Shown here in pieces: positions 15,017 through 25,830 of a DNA stretch of 64,000 bases (within the stretch, counting starts at the first letter, position 1; every line of letters starts with the position of its first letter). The notes under the pieces were generated by a model. It was not told where the DNA came from. It ran no database searches and saw only the letters and a list, made by a program, of their open reading frames with translations. A program made the translations under genes and the position numbers. Origin of the DNA: the human T2T-CHM13v2.0 reference genome, Homo sapiens; NCBI RefSeq assembly GCF_009914755.1, contig NC_060932.1; one strand, given 5' to 3'.

Positions 15017-16116
15017 AGACAGGGGATGGTGTGATGACTGGCTGGAGTCTCCCCACTGCTGGGCCCTGGATGGTGCAGCCCAAGGGAGAACTCCCTGCTC
15101 CCTTTAAGTGTTTTCAGGTTGGCACAGGATGTGACTGTGCCCAGTTCAGACCCGCTGAGACACTGGCCCAGGGCAAGAACCACGACTTGCAACAGGTCTG
15201 CTGGGACACGCACCACTCGCTATGGAAGGGACTGTGTTAGAGTTTATTCTTAACATGTATTTTGTGTATTCATTCATTCACTTATTTTTTATTTTTGCCA
15301 ACTTTGACCCAGGCATATCAGACCCGAAGACTTTGCTCAAAACTGCAAGTACCAGACTTCATGGTGCTGGTCCTCACCTTGCTGGTGGTTCACGGGCTTT
15401 CAAAATGACAGATACCAACATGCTACTATCCTTTAGACACCCAATCCCTGGTGCCAGGATCATCCTTCTAAAGGCCATATTTCTTGCAGATCCACCAAGA
15501 GAACCCTAATAGATTCTCAAAAGGCTCTGTGTTTTCTGAGCTCTCCTCCTTCTTTCTTTTCTTCCTTCCTCTTTTCTTCTTTTTCATCTGCTTTGGTTTG
15601 GATTCCTGGTTGCTGAATGAGTTTTAGAAGATGCTTTTATTTTGAACCACAATTTTTGGAACACTGAGAAGCTTCCAGGCCATTTTACCACTATTCACCT
15701 CATTTCGGGGGCTCACTTGTTAACAGATTTAAATAATGCGGGATATGGGAAGTTTCGGTAAAAAAAGGTATTTCCTCCCCTGGGTCTACTCCTGCCTGAT
15801 GTCTTTTTTCTGCAGGAGGAAAGTGTCTTTCCTCCTCTCTTTTGAAAAATTTAACTCAAATGTCCCAAGCCCTTTGGCCAATGGGTGCAAATTTAGAATT
15901 TAGCCACATTCTGCTGTGTTAATAGTACTCCCCACAGAATTGTAGAGTCTCCCTTCCCTTACAGAGTTCTTCCACTCATGTAACCCCAACACACATGTTC
16001 ACACGTGTGCACACGCATGCACACACACACACTACTGAGCATTCACAGGAGATTTTAGCATACCTCATCACTGAGCTGCAGTTCCCAAGAGATAGCCTCC
16101 CTACAGTTAATTTGTG

Positions 16117-16429
<313 letters not shown>

Positions 16430-16460
16430 CCTTTCTGCCTTGATGGAGTTTCTGTTCTTG

Positions 16461-16655
16461 AATGGTGCTGTCCAATAGGACTTCCTATGATAGAAATGTC
16501 CTTCATTGTATTAGACAATAGCTACCAGCCACAATTGCTTCTTGAGCACTGGGAATGTGGCTAGTATGACTGTGGTACTGAATTTTTAATCCTATTTAAT
16601 TTTAACTAAACTCAAAAGGCCACATGTGGCCAGTGGCTACCATATTGGGCAGAAT
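16461..16655. mobile_element. MER3-like hAT-Charlie element
   Basis: gtgctgtccaatag..gccacatgtggccagtggctaccatattgggcag. Confidence 0.7.
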
Positions 16656-17559
16656 GGTTCTGCACAGAGATACAAATGATAAACAAGTGGATAGACACTT
16701 GCTCCTCTTTTAACCACAAAACATCGAAGTATGATGTCAGCTGTTGAAGAGTGCTGTGCAGAAAGCCACGCAGGGTGAGGAAATAGAGAGTGCTAAGGAG
16801 GCATTGTTTTGCAGAGGGGCAGCTGTCAGCAAAAGCCTCTCTGTGGGAGGCTGACTTTTCAATGGAGACCTAAAAACCAGGCGGTTCTCGGGGTGGGATG
16901 TTCTGGCAGAGGTGCTGTGAGGGGAGTGAGGTCCTGACAGAGCCACTGGAGTGTGAAGGGCGGCGGGAGAGGGGAGCCGGGGCCGGAGCCTGCCAGGTCT
17001 TGGTGGTGCCATTGCTGGAGATGAACTCTGGAGGCGTGAAAAGTATTTGAGAGGTGAGATCAAGACTCTGAAGATCATGGCAGGCGGAGGCTGGAGGTGG
17101 CGGTTTGGGCATGGTCAATAAAAAGAAACGGCTGCCCTCTTCTCTGGTTTGCCCCTGTCCTCTCCACCCCACTGCTGATGAATTTGACCAGCCTACACAT
17201 GCCAGTGCTTTCATCTTCGAGGGGCCAGGTTCTGGGTTCACTAGCCGGGGAATGGCCCTTTCCCCAGCCCTGGCCAAGTGTGTCACCGAGCCCCTAAGCA
17301 GGTGGGCGTGGGCCTAGACTCTCAGAGTTGTTTGTGAAAATAAGTTCTTCGCTTTGGCCTTTATGCCCTCTCTTCAGTGGGACTCAAACCCAGGCCCATG
17401 GGAGAGGCCAGAGATGATATGCCATCTCCTGCCTTCCCTTCCCTTTCCTTCCTTTTCCTGGAAGTCGGGGATCTTTGCTTCAAAACATGTCTCCCACCTC
17501 CTTTAGCCCATCAGCTCTCTATTCTCGGTTCTGGGTTCTGTTAACCTAATAAGCAAATT

Positions 17560-18710
17560 GTTCCTGTACTTCCAAATCATCATTTGTTTAATGCAGTTCC
17601 AATCAAAATTCTAATAGAATTTTATTTCACAGGTGATATTGATTCATGAGACTAGATTATCAAAATAACCAAGAACTGTTTTGCGAAAAGAAAGAGTAAT
17701 GAGGAGAACTCTACTAGATATAAAAATGTACTCTAAACATACAAAAGTTCTTTTAGAAGCAAGGCATAAGTGCAGTACTCAACAGCTAGATCGATACACA
17801 GATTAGATAACCCAGAACCAACCCTAGTAGATATAAAGTTTGTGTATGATAAAGGAGGTTTCTCAAAAATTAGTTAGAAAATAATAATGCATGCTGCTGA
17901 GATGGTTGGTAACTCTGAAGAAAAATGGTTAGAATTGTGTCTTACAGCTTAACCCAAGATAAATTCAATACCAGATGAGTTAAATGCAAAAAATAAGGTT
18001 AAAATATTCTTAAGAAAATGTAGATTAATATATTTCAGCTATCAAGACAGGGAATCACTTTCTAAATATAAAATCACAATGAAAGAGGCTACAAGAGAAA
18101 AAAATTGGTAAATCTATTAGCTAAAAATTAAAATTTCTACATGTTAAACGTTAAAAAATATATAATATGCACAACTAAAAGGTAAGTGATAGGGCCAGAC
18201 GCAGTGGCTCAAACCTGTAATCCCAGCACTTTGGGAGGCCAAGGCAGGCAGATCACCTGAGGTTAGGAGTTTGAGACCAGCCTGACCAACATGGAGAAAC
18301 CCCATCTCTACTAAAAATACAAAATTAGCCTGGCGTGGTGGCGCATGCCTGTAATCCAACTATGCAGGAGGCTGAGGCAGGAGAATCGTTTGAACCTGGG
18401 AGGCAGAGATTGCGGTAAGCCAAGACCGCGCCGTTATACTCCAGCCTGGGCCACAAGAGCAAAACTCTATCTGAAAAAAAAAAAAGGAAAATGATAGACT
18501 GGGAAAAGTTTTGCAACAAACTTAGTAAAGCATTAGTATTATTTATGTAAAGAGAATTCTTGCAAATTCATAATAAAAACCACTGAATGTCTAAATAAAA
18601 ATGACATAAGCAGACAATTCATAAAAGAATATAAATAGTGGGCAAATCTTTGAAAACAATCCAACCTTATTGTCAATCAAGAAAAGCATACAAGCATATT
18701 AAAACAGTTT
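17560..18710 (+). mobile_element. Ancient L1M fragment, split by an Alu
   Basis: A-rich degenerate ORF2 3' sequence (ccaatcaaaattctaatagaatt.., aaaattaaaatttctac). Confidence 0.55.
18193..18486 (+). mobile_element. AluSp-like
   Basis: cctgaccaacatggagaaacccc and gcggtaagc diagnostics. Confidence 0.9.
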
Positions 18711-18714
18711 TCTT

Positions 18715-19070
18715 GGCCAGGCATGGCTCACACCCATGATCCCAGCACTTTGGGAGACAGCAGCACGTGGATAACTTGAGCCCAGGTGTTGGAGACCACC
18801 CTGGACAACATGGCAAAACCCCTGGACAACATGGCAAAACCCTGTCTCTACTAAAAATAAAAATTAAATGATTAGCTGGGCATGGTGGTGTGTGCCTGTA
18901 GTTCCAGCTGCTCAGGAGGCTGAGGCAGGAGGATTACTTGAGCCCAGGAGATGGAGGATTGCTTAAGCCCAGGAGATAGAGGCTGCAGTGAGCTAGAATT
19001 GTGCCACTGCACTCCAACCTGGGTGACAGAGCCAGACCCTGTCTCAGAAACAAACAAAAATCCAAAAAAC
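18715..19070 (+). mobile_element. AluJ with two internal tandem duplications
   Basis: Dimer carrying 21-nt and 25-nt duplications. Confidence 0.9.
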
Positions 19071-19391
19071 TGTTTTTCCCTATCTAATCAGCAAGGCTTT
19101 TTAACAGTAGTATTTTACTACTGTTAAATAGGCTGGATTGTGAGTAGTATTTACTACTGTAAATAGGCTGGATCCAGCTGTATAGGCTGGATTGTAAGTC
19201 AAGCCCTCTCATACACTACCAAAGAAAAGGCCAGTTGAGGCCAAAACTCTGCCATACATATGGGTCAAGAGAACCACTTCTAGGCATCCATCCAAAGGTA
19301 GTTATCAAAAATAAGGATTAAGGGTATTCACTGCAGTTTTGTTGATAAGAGCCAAAAACGAAATAAATTTCCAACAAAAGTCCAATTGCTG

Positions 19392-19745
19392 TAAAAAAAA
19401 GAATGAGTTTATGTCCTTTGCAGGGACATGGATGAAGCTGGAAGCCATCATTCTCAGCAAACTAACACAGGAACAGAAAACCAAACACCACATGTTCTCA
19501 CTCATAAGTGGGAGTTGAACAATGAAAACACATGGACACAGGGAGGGGAACGTCACACACCGGGGCCTGTTGGGGGATGGGGGACAAGGAGAGGGAGAGC
19601 ATTCGGACAAATACCTAATGAATGCAGGGCTTAAAACCTAGATGACGGGTTGATGGGTGCCCCAAACCACCATGGCACATGCATACCTATGTAACAAACC
19701 TGCACATTCTGCACATGTATCCCAGAACTTAAAATAAAATTTTAA
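19392..19745 (+). mobile_element. 5'-truncated L1PA (L1PA8-10-like) 3' end
   Basis: gggacatggatgaagctggaagccatcattctcagcaaacta..cccagaacttaaaataaaat. TSD aaaagtccaattgctg/aaaagtccaatggctg. Confidence 0.92.
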
Positions 19746-20443
19746 AAAAGTCCAATGGCTGAACGTATCATGTGTGGTCTATCCCTACAATGTACTAACA
19801 TGCATTATAGGGATATACCACACGTGATGATTTCATCACGTGATGAAATAATGATTTTTAAAATCATTATTTTGCTCACTATTTATGGAAATGGGAAACT
19901 GTTTAAGTGAGATGAACTATAAAACTGCAATATTGGGGGGGTGATTGCTTTTTTTTTCTTTTATACTTTTCTGCATTTTCTGGATTTTCTATCATGATTT
20001 TGCTTTTATGATAAGCAAAATGTTCATATCTGTTTTCTAGCGCCTGAGTAAATTTCACTTGCCAACCCCTGGGGACACATCTCGCTTCCGAGGTACCATA
20101 TCTAAAAGTGGCTTGCAAGCACACCATCTGCGACTCCCTCTCACCGCTTCAGAGGATTTTAGGACCTGTCTACCTTTCCTGTATTCCTTTGTCTCCAAAC
20201 ATGAAATGGTGACCCTCATCCATGTTTGTTTGGTTTGGGCCTGTTTTCACCTCCTTCCAAAAAAAGGAAGAGAAGAAGAATGTGATTTTTCGTGTTTCTA
20301 AGCACTTTCACGCCGTCTGTGCATCCATAGATGTTCGATTTGGGTGCCTGTTGGGCTGGGTCATGGGAAAACTCATAAAGAAGTGCCAGTTTCTTTTGCG
20401 TTGTGAAGAGACACTGACCCTGTCTTTGTTCTTGTCCACAGAT

Positions 20444-20497
20444 ATGATGCTTCCTGGTGTGTTTAGTGGTTGGTGCCATTCCAATTTTCTGTGCTGA
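20444..20497 (+). CDS. Candidate upstream ORF MMLPGVFSGWCHSNFLC (17 aa) in ZHX2 5'UTR
   Basis: ATGATG 2 nt after the acceptor and TGA at 20495-97. Translation is not shown. Confidence 0.45.
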   Translation: MMLPGVFSGWCHSNFLC

Positions 20498-20660
20498 AAT
20501 CATTCTGAAAACTCAAACAGTAGACTTCAGCACACAAGGAAAGCCAAAGCCATTTGAGGGGGAATAAAGCCAAAAGCCTTTCACCTTATTCGTTCCAAGA
20601 ATCTCACCGCCCCCTCCTTATCCCCCTCCAAAAATAAGCCATTGCACACAGACAGGCAGC

Positions 20661-23174
20661 ATGGCTAGCAAACGAAAATCTACAACTCCATGCATGGTTC
20701 GGACATCACAAGTAGTAGAACAAGATGTGCCCGAGGAAGTAGACAGGGCCAAAGAGAAAGGAATCGGCACACCACAGCCTGACGTGGCCAAGGACAGTTG
20801 GGCAGCAGAACTTGAAAACTCTTCCAAAGAAAACGAAGTGATAGAGGTGAAATCTATGGGGGAAAGCCAGTCCAAAAAACTCCAAGGTGGTTATGAGTGC
20901 AAATACTGCCCCTACTCCACGCAAAACCTGAACGAGTTCACGGAGCATGTCGACATGCAGCATCCCAACGTGATTCTCAACCCCCTCTACGTGTGTGCAG
21001 AATGTAACTTCACAACCAAAAAGTACGACTCCCTATCCGACCACAACTCCAAGTTCCATCCCGGGGAGGCCAACTTCAAGCTGAAGTTAATTAAACGCAA
21101 TAATCAAACTGTCTTGGAACAGTCCATCGAAACCACCAACCATGTCGTGTCCATCACCACCAGTGGCCCTGGAACTGGTGACAGTGATTCTGGGATCTCG
21201 GTGAGTAAAACCCCCATCATGAAGCCTGGAAAACCAAAAGCGGATGCCAAGAAGGTGCCCAAGAAGCCCGAGGAGATCACCCCCGAGAACCACGTGGAAG
21301 GGACCGCCCGCCTGGTGACAGACACAGCTGAGATCCTCTCAAGACTCGGCGGGGTGGAGCTCCTCCAAGACACATTAGGACACGTCATGCCTTCTGTACA
21401 GCTGCCACCAAATATCAACCTTGTGCCCAAGGTCCCTGTCCCACTAAATACTACCAAATACAACTCTGCCCTGGATACAAATGCCACGATGATCAACTCT
21501 TTCAACAAGTTTCCTTACCCGACCCAGGCTGAGTTGTCCTGGCTGACAGCTGCCTCCAAACACCCAGAGGAGCACATCAGAATCTGGTTTGCCACCCAGC
21601 GCTTAAAGCATGGCATCAGCTGGTCCCCAGAAGAGGTGGAGGAGGCCCGGAAGAAGATGTTCAACGGCACCATCCAGTCAGTACCCCCGACCATCACTGT
21701 GCTGCCCGCCCAGTTGGCCCCCACAAAGGTGACGCAGCCCATCCTCCAGACGGCTCTACCGTGCCAGATCCTCGGCCAGACTAGCCTGGTGCTGACTCAG
21801 GTGACCAGCGGGTCAACAACCGTCTCTTGCTCCCCCATCACACTTGCCGTGGCAGGAGTCACTAACCATGGCCAGAAGAGACCCTTGGTGACTCCCCAAG
21901 CTGCCCCCGAACCCAAGCGTCCACACATCGCTCAGGTGCCAGAGCCCCCACCCAAGGTGGCCAACCCCCCGCTCACACCAGCCAGTGACCGCAAGAAGAC
22001 AAAGGAGCAGATAGCACATCTCAAGGCCAGCTTTCTCCAGAGCCAGTTCCCTGACGATGCCGAGGTTTACCGGCTCATCGAGGTGACTGGCCTTGCCAGG
22101 AGCGAGATCAAGAAGTGGTTCAGTGACCACCGATATCGGTGTCAAAGGGGCATCGTCCACATCACCAGCGAATCCCTTGCCAAAGACCAGTTGGCCATCG
22201 CGGCCTCCCGACACGGTCGCACGTATCATGCGTACCCAGACTTTGCCCCCCAGAAGTTCAAAGAGAAAACACAGGGTCAGGTTAAAATCTTGGAAGACAG
22301 CTTTTTGAAAAGTTCTTTTCCTACCCAAGCAGAACTGGATCGGCTAAGGGTGGAGACCAAGCTGAGCAGGAGAGAGATCGACTCCTGGTTCTCAGAGAGG
22401 CGGAAGCTTCGAGACAGCATGGAACAAGCTGTCTTGGATTCCATGGGGTCTGGCAAAAAAGGCCAAGATGTGGGAGCCCCCAATGGTGCTCTGTCTCGAC
22501 TCGACCAGCTCTCCGGTGCCCAGTTAACAAGTTCTCTGCCCAGCCCTTCGCCAGCAATTGCAAAAAGTCAAGAACAGGTTCATCTCCTGAGGAGCACGTT
22601 TGCAAGAACCCAGTGGCCTACTCCCCAGGAGTACGACCAGTTAGCGGCCAAGACTGGCCTGGTCCGAACTGAGATTGTGCGTTGGTTCAAGGAGAACAGA
22701 TGCTTGCTGAAAACGGGAACCGTGAAGTGGATGGAGCAGTACCAGCACCAGCCCATGGCAGATGATCACGGCTACGATGCCGTAGCAAGGAAAGCAACAA
22801 AACCCATGGCCGAGAGCCCAAAGAACGGGGGTGATGTGGTTCCACAATATTACAAGGACCCCAAAAAGCTCTGCGAAGAGGACTTGGAGAAGTTGGTGAC
22901 CAGGGTAAAAGTAGGCAGCGAGCCAGCAAAAGACTGTTTGCCAGCAAAGCCCTCAGAGGCCACCTCAGACCGGTCAGAGGGCAGCAGCCGGGACGGCCAG
23001 GGTAGCGACGAGAACGAGGAGTCGAGCGTTGTGGATTACGTGGAGGTGACGGTCGGGGAGGAGGATGCGATCTCAGATAGATCAGATAGCTGGAGTCAGG
23101 CTGCGGCAGAAGGTGTGTCGGAACTGGCTGAATCAGACTCCGACTGCGTCCCTGCAGAGGCTGGCCAGGCCTAG
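20661..23174 (+). CDS. ZHX2: Zinc fingers and homeoboxes protein 2 (837 aa), whole CDS in one exon
   Basis: Uninterrupted 837-aa ORF with the ZHX-family start MASKRKSTTPCM. Two C2H2 fingers (CKYC..HVDMQH, CAEC..HNSKFH), four homeodomains (IRIWFATQRLK, IKKWFSDHRYR, IDSWFSERRKL, IVRWFKENR) and an acidic C-terminus. Start context GGCAGCATGG. Confidence 0.99.
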   Translation: MASKRKSTTPCMVRTSQVVEQDVPEEVDRAKEKGIGTPQPDVAKDSWAAELENSSKENEVIEVKSMGESQSKKLQGGYECKYCPYSTQNLNEFTEHVDMQHPNVILNPLYVCAECNFTTKKYDSLSDHNSKFHPGEANFKLKLIKRNNQTVLEQSIETTNHVVSITTSGPGTGDSDSGISVSKTPIMKPGKPKADAKKVPKKPEEITPENHVEGTARLVTDTAEILSRLGGVELLQDTLGHVMPSVQLPPNINLVPKVPVPLNTTKYNSALDTNATMINSFNKFPYPTQAELSWLTAASKHPEEHIRIWFATQRLKHGISWSPEEVEEARKKMFNGTIQSVPPTITVLPAQLAPTKVTQPILQTALPCQILGQTSLVLTQVTSGSTTVSCSPITLAVAGVTNHGQKRPLVTPQAAPEPKRPHIAQVPEPPPKVANPPLTPASDRKKTKEQIAHLKASFLQSQFPDDAEVYRLIEVTGLARSEIKKWFSDHRYRCQRGIVHITSESLAKDQLAIAASRHGRTYHAYPDFAPQKFKEKTQGQVKILEDSFLKSSFPTQAELDRLRVETKLSRREIDSWFSERRKLRDSMEQAVLDSMGSGKKGQDVGAPNGALSRLDQLSGAQLTSSLPSPSPAIAKSQEQVHLLRSTFARTQWPTPQEYDQLAAKTGLVRTEIVRWFKENRCLLKTGTVKWMEQYQHQPMADDHGYDAVARKATKPMAESPKNGGDVVPQYYKDPKKLCEEDLEKLVTRVKVGSEPAKDCLPAKPSEATSDRSEGSSRDGQGSDENEESSVVDYVEVTVGEEDAISDRSDSWSQAAAEGVSELAESDSDCVPAEAGQA

Positions 23175-23439
23175 ACAGGTAATTCCACCTGCTCACCCAG
23201 GCAGCAGGGGAGAACGCAGCTTGCTTTCTTTTCGTTGCCAGGGTTAATATAGATTGTAGGGTACAGAGATGTTGACACAGATGGTGGCGTCTTTTTCTTG
23301 TAATTAACAAATAAGAATGATGTATATTGATCACATACAATATGATGTTTTGAAATATGTTTACCTAGTGGGATGGCTCAGTTAAGCTGATTCCCGTATG
23401 CATTACCTCACATACTTATTCTTGTAGTGGAAGGGTCTG

Positions 23440-23758
<319 letters not shown>

Positions 23759-24977
23759 GATGAGTTATTTGTAAAGGTTCTTTGAAAAAAGAAGAAAAAT
23801 GGGGGCTGATGGAACCTACGTCCTCATTTGTAAGGCTGTGCCCAGGGGGCAGCACCGCTGGCTGTGGCCTGTTTGGGCTCCAGCCTTCAGGCCTGTCCAT
23901 TCTGAAGGTTAGTTTTGACTGTTAGAAAACACATCCTCCCTCTGTGTGTTTTGTGTTTGTTGCTGTAAAAACACCAAACATGAAGAGGTTGTTTCTTTTT
24001 TTTTTTCCCCCCTTTTCTTTTTGGATTTTTTAAGAATACATATCCAAGTTTACTGAATCAAAGACCTGAGCTTATTTCTTCTAATCTGAAAAGGCTTTGA
24101 AAGTGCTTGATATTTGCCTTGTCAGGGCAAAAGGAAGGTGCCACTGTGCTTGGGTCCCCATAACCCCTTCAAATCTGGAAGAGCCGGGTGTAAATTAGGC
24201 CTGTAGAGTCACATAAGCCGGGGGGGGGGGGGGTGGCAGGGCGGTTTCCATGGTTACTAATGGCCATGTCATCCCCATAATGGGACATGCCACTGAAGCC
24301 CTTGGTATTCTGCTTCCTAAGAGGTCAGTGCAAATCGAGGCCTGAAGCACAGCAGCTTGGTGGTGAGTTGAGAAATGGGGGCAGTGGCAGGGGGAGGGCT
24401 GGTGGGAGGGAAAGCAAATATTACAAGGAGGAAGATGCACGATTTGCCCAGGTAGGCTTCTCCAGAGGTCACTTAAAATACCACGGAATGGGCCTCCCAA
24501 GTTATCTTTACAAAATATAAAATAAAGGTAAGAACCTCCAGAATGATTGATAAGGTCCCAAAGGCAGCCCTGGAAATTACCACACCTCTGTCTTAATGAA
24601 CTTGGACAACTTTGGCTGACCACGTCGCTCATTAACTCATTGATTCACTAATAAAATGAGGCAGCTGACAAATAAATGAAATTCTCTAGAAACCTTGTTT
24701 TAGCCAGTTCCATCCGCTATTAAAAGAGCACTTTAACGAGCAGCCAATCCCAGAATGCCATCATGTTCCATTCTCCTTTCTCCTCCCACTTGCAGGAGGA
24801 AATGCCTGTGTGTCAAGGGTGTGGGCACAACCCAAAGGGGAGGGCGTGAGTGAAAGGAAGGGGATAGAAGTGTACTGAGGTCACAATGACAGCAACTTCC
24901 CACCTCTACCTGGCCACCTCTGGCCATTCTCCCACCTTAGAAGAACCTACCAGTCTAGCCCATACCTCCCTCATTAA

Positions 24978-25311
<334 letters not shown>

Positions 25312-25389
25312 TGATCTTTTCCCATCCATGACACGTGTCTACATGGTTGCTTTTTCCTCCCACCCCAGAGAGGACAATAGGGTTCAGTT

Positions 25390-25830
25390 CCATTCAACAG
25401 TACCTTCTGAGCACCTACTGTATGCCTGCTGCTACTCCAGGAGCTAGAAACAGTGCCATGAGAGAGACAGACAACACAGTACCCATTCACTGTGGAGCTC
25501 GGGCAGGCCAAGGAGAGAGGAAATCGCATTTTCCTTTACTCATCAGTGTGATATGTGTTACGATGGGGAAGGGCACGGCTCTGGGTCAGGGCTCAGAGGA
25601 GGAACACCTAGGTAGGGGGTTAGGGAGCTTCTTGGAGGAAGGGACATCTGACTCAGGGGATGAGAAGGAGTTAGCCAAGTGCACAGACAAGGGAAAGAGG
25701 GGTCCACATGGAAGAAGCAGCACAGGCCAAAGTCCAGAGACAAGAAAAGGAATGCCACTGGTGAGAAACCAAAAGAGGTTGGGCATAGCCAAAAGGTAGA
25801 GTTTGGGTTCGGTAAAGGATAAGAGGAGGC
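25390..25830 (-). mobile_element. L2 3' region
   Basis: cattcaacag..tgagcacctactgtatgcc..agcttcttggaggaagggacatctga. Confidence 0.65.

Larger units (their letters stand above)
20442..23178 (+). other. ZHX2: ZHX2 coding exon (219 nt 5'UTR + CDS + 4 nt 3'UTR)
   Basis: Acceptor ctgtctttgttcttgtccacAG|AT at 20440-41 with a branch-like ctgac upstream. Donor CAG|GTAATT at 23179. Agrees with my recollection of the ZHX2 mRNA. Confidence 0.9.

Noticed and set aside
23172-23178. Stop-codon readthrough into the last exon
   Set aside because: TAG-A is not a leaky context such as TGA-CTAG.
21813-23340. Antisense ORFs of 171 aa and 217 aa over ZHX2
   Set aside because: Expected shadows of a long GC-rich CDS. 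No recognisable domain and no independent gene signals.
23839-23854. CTCF-like motif TGCCCAGGGGGCAGCA
   Set aside because: The 3' core matches but the 5' CCA is missing. It cannot be supported without ChIP data.
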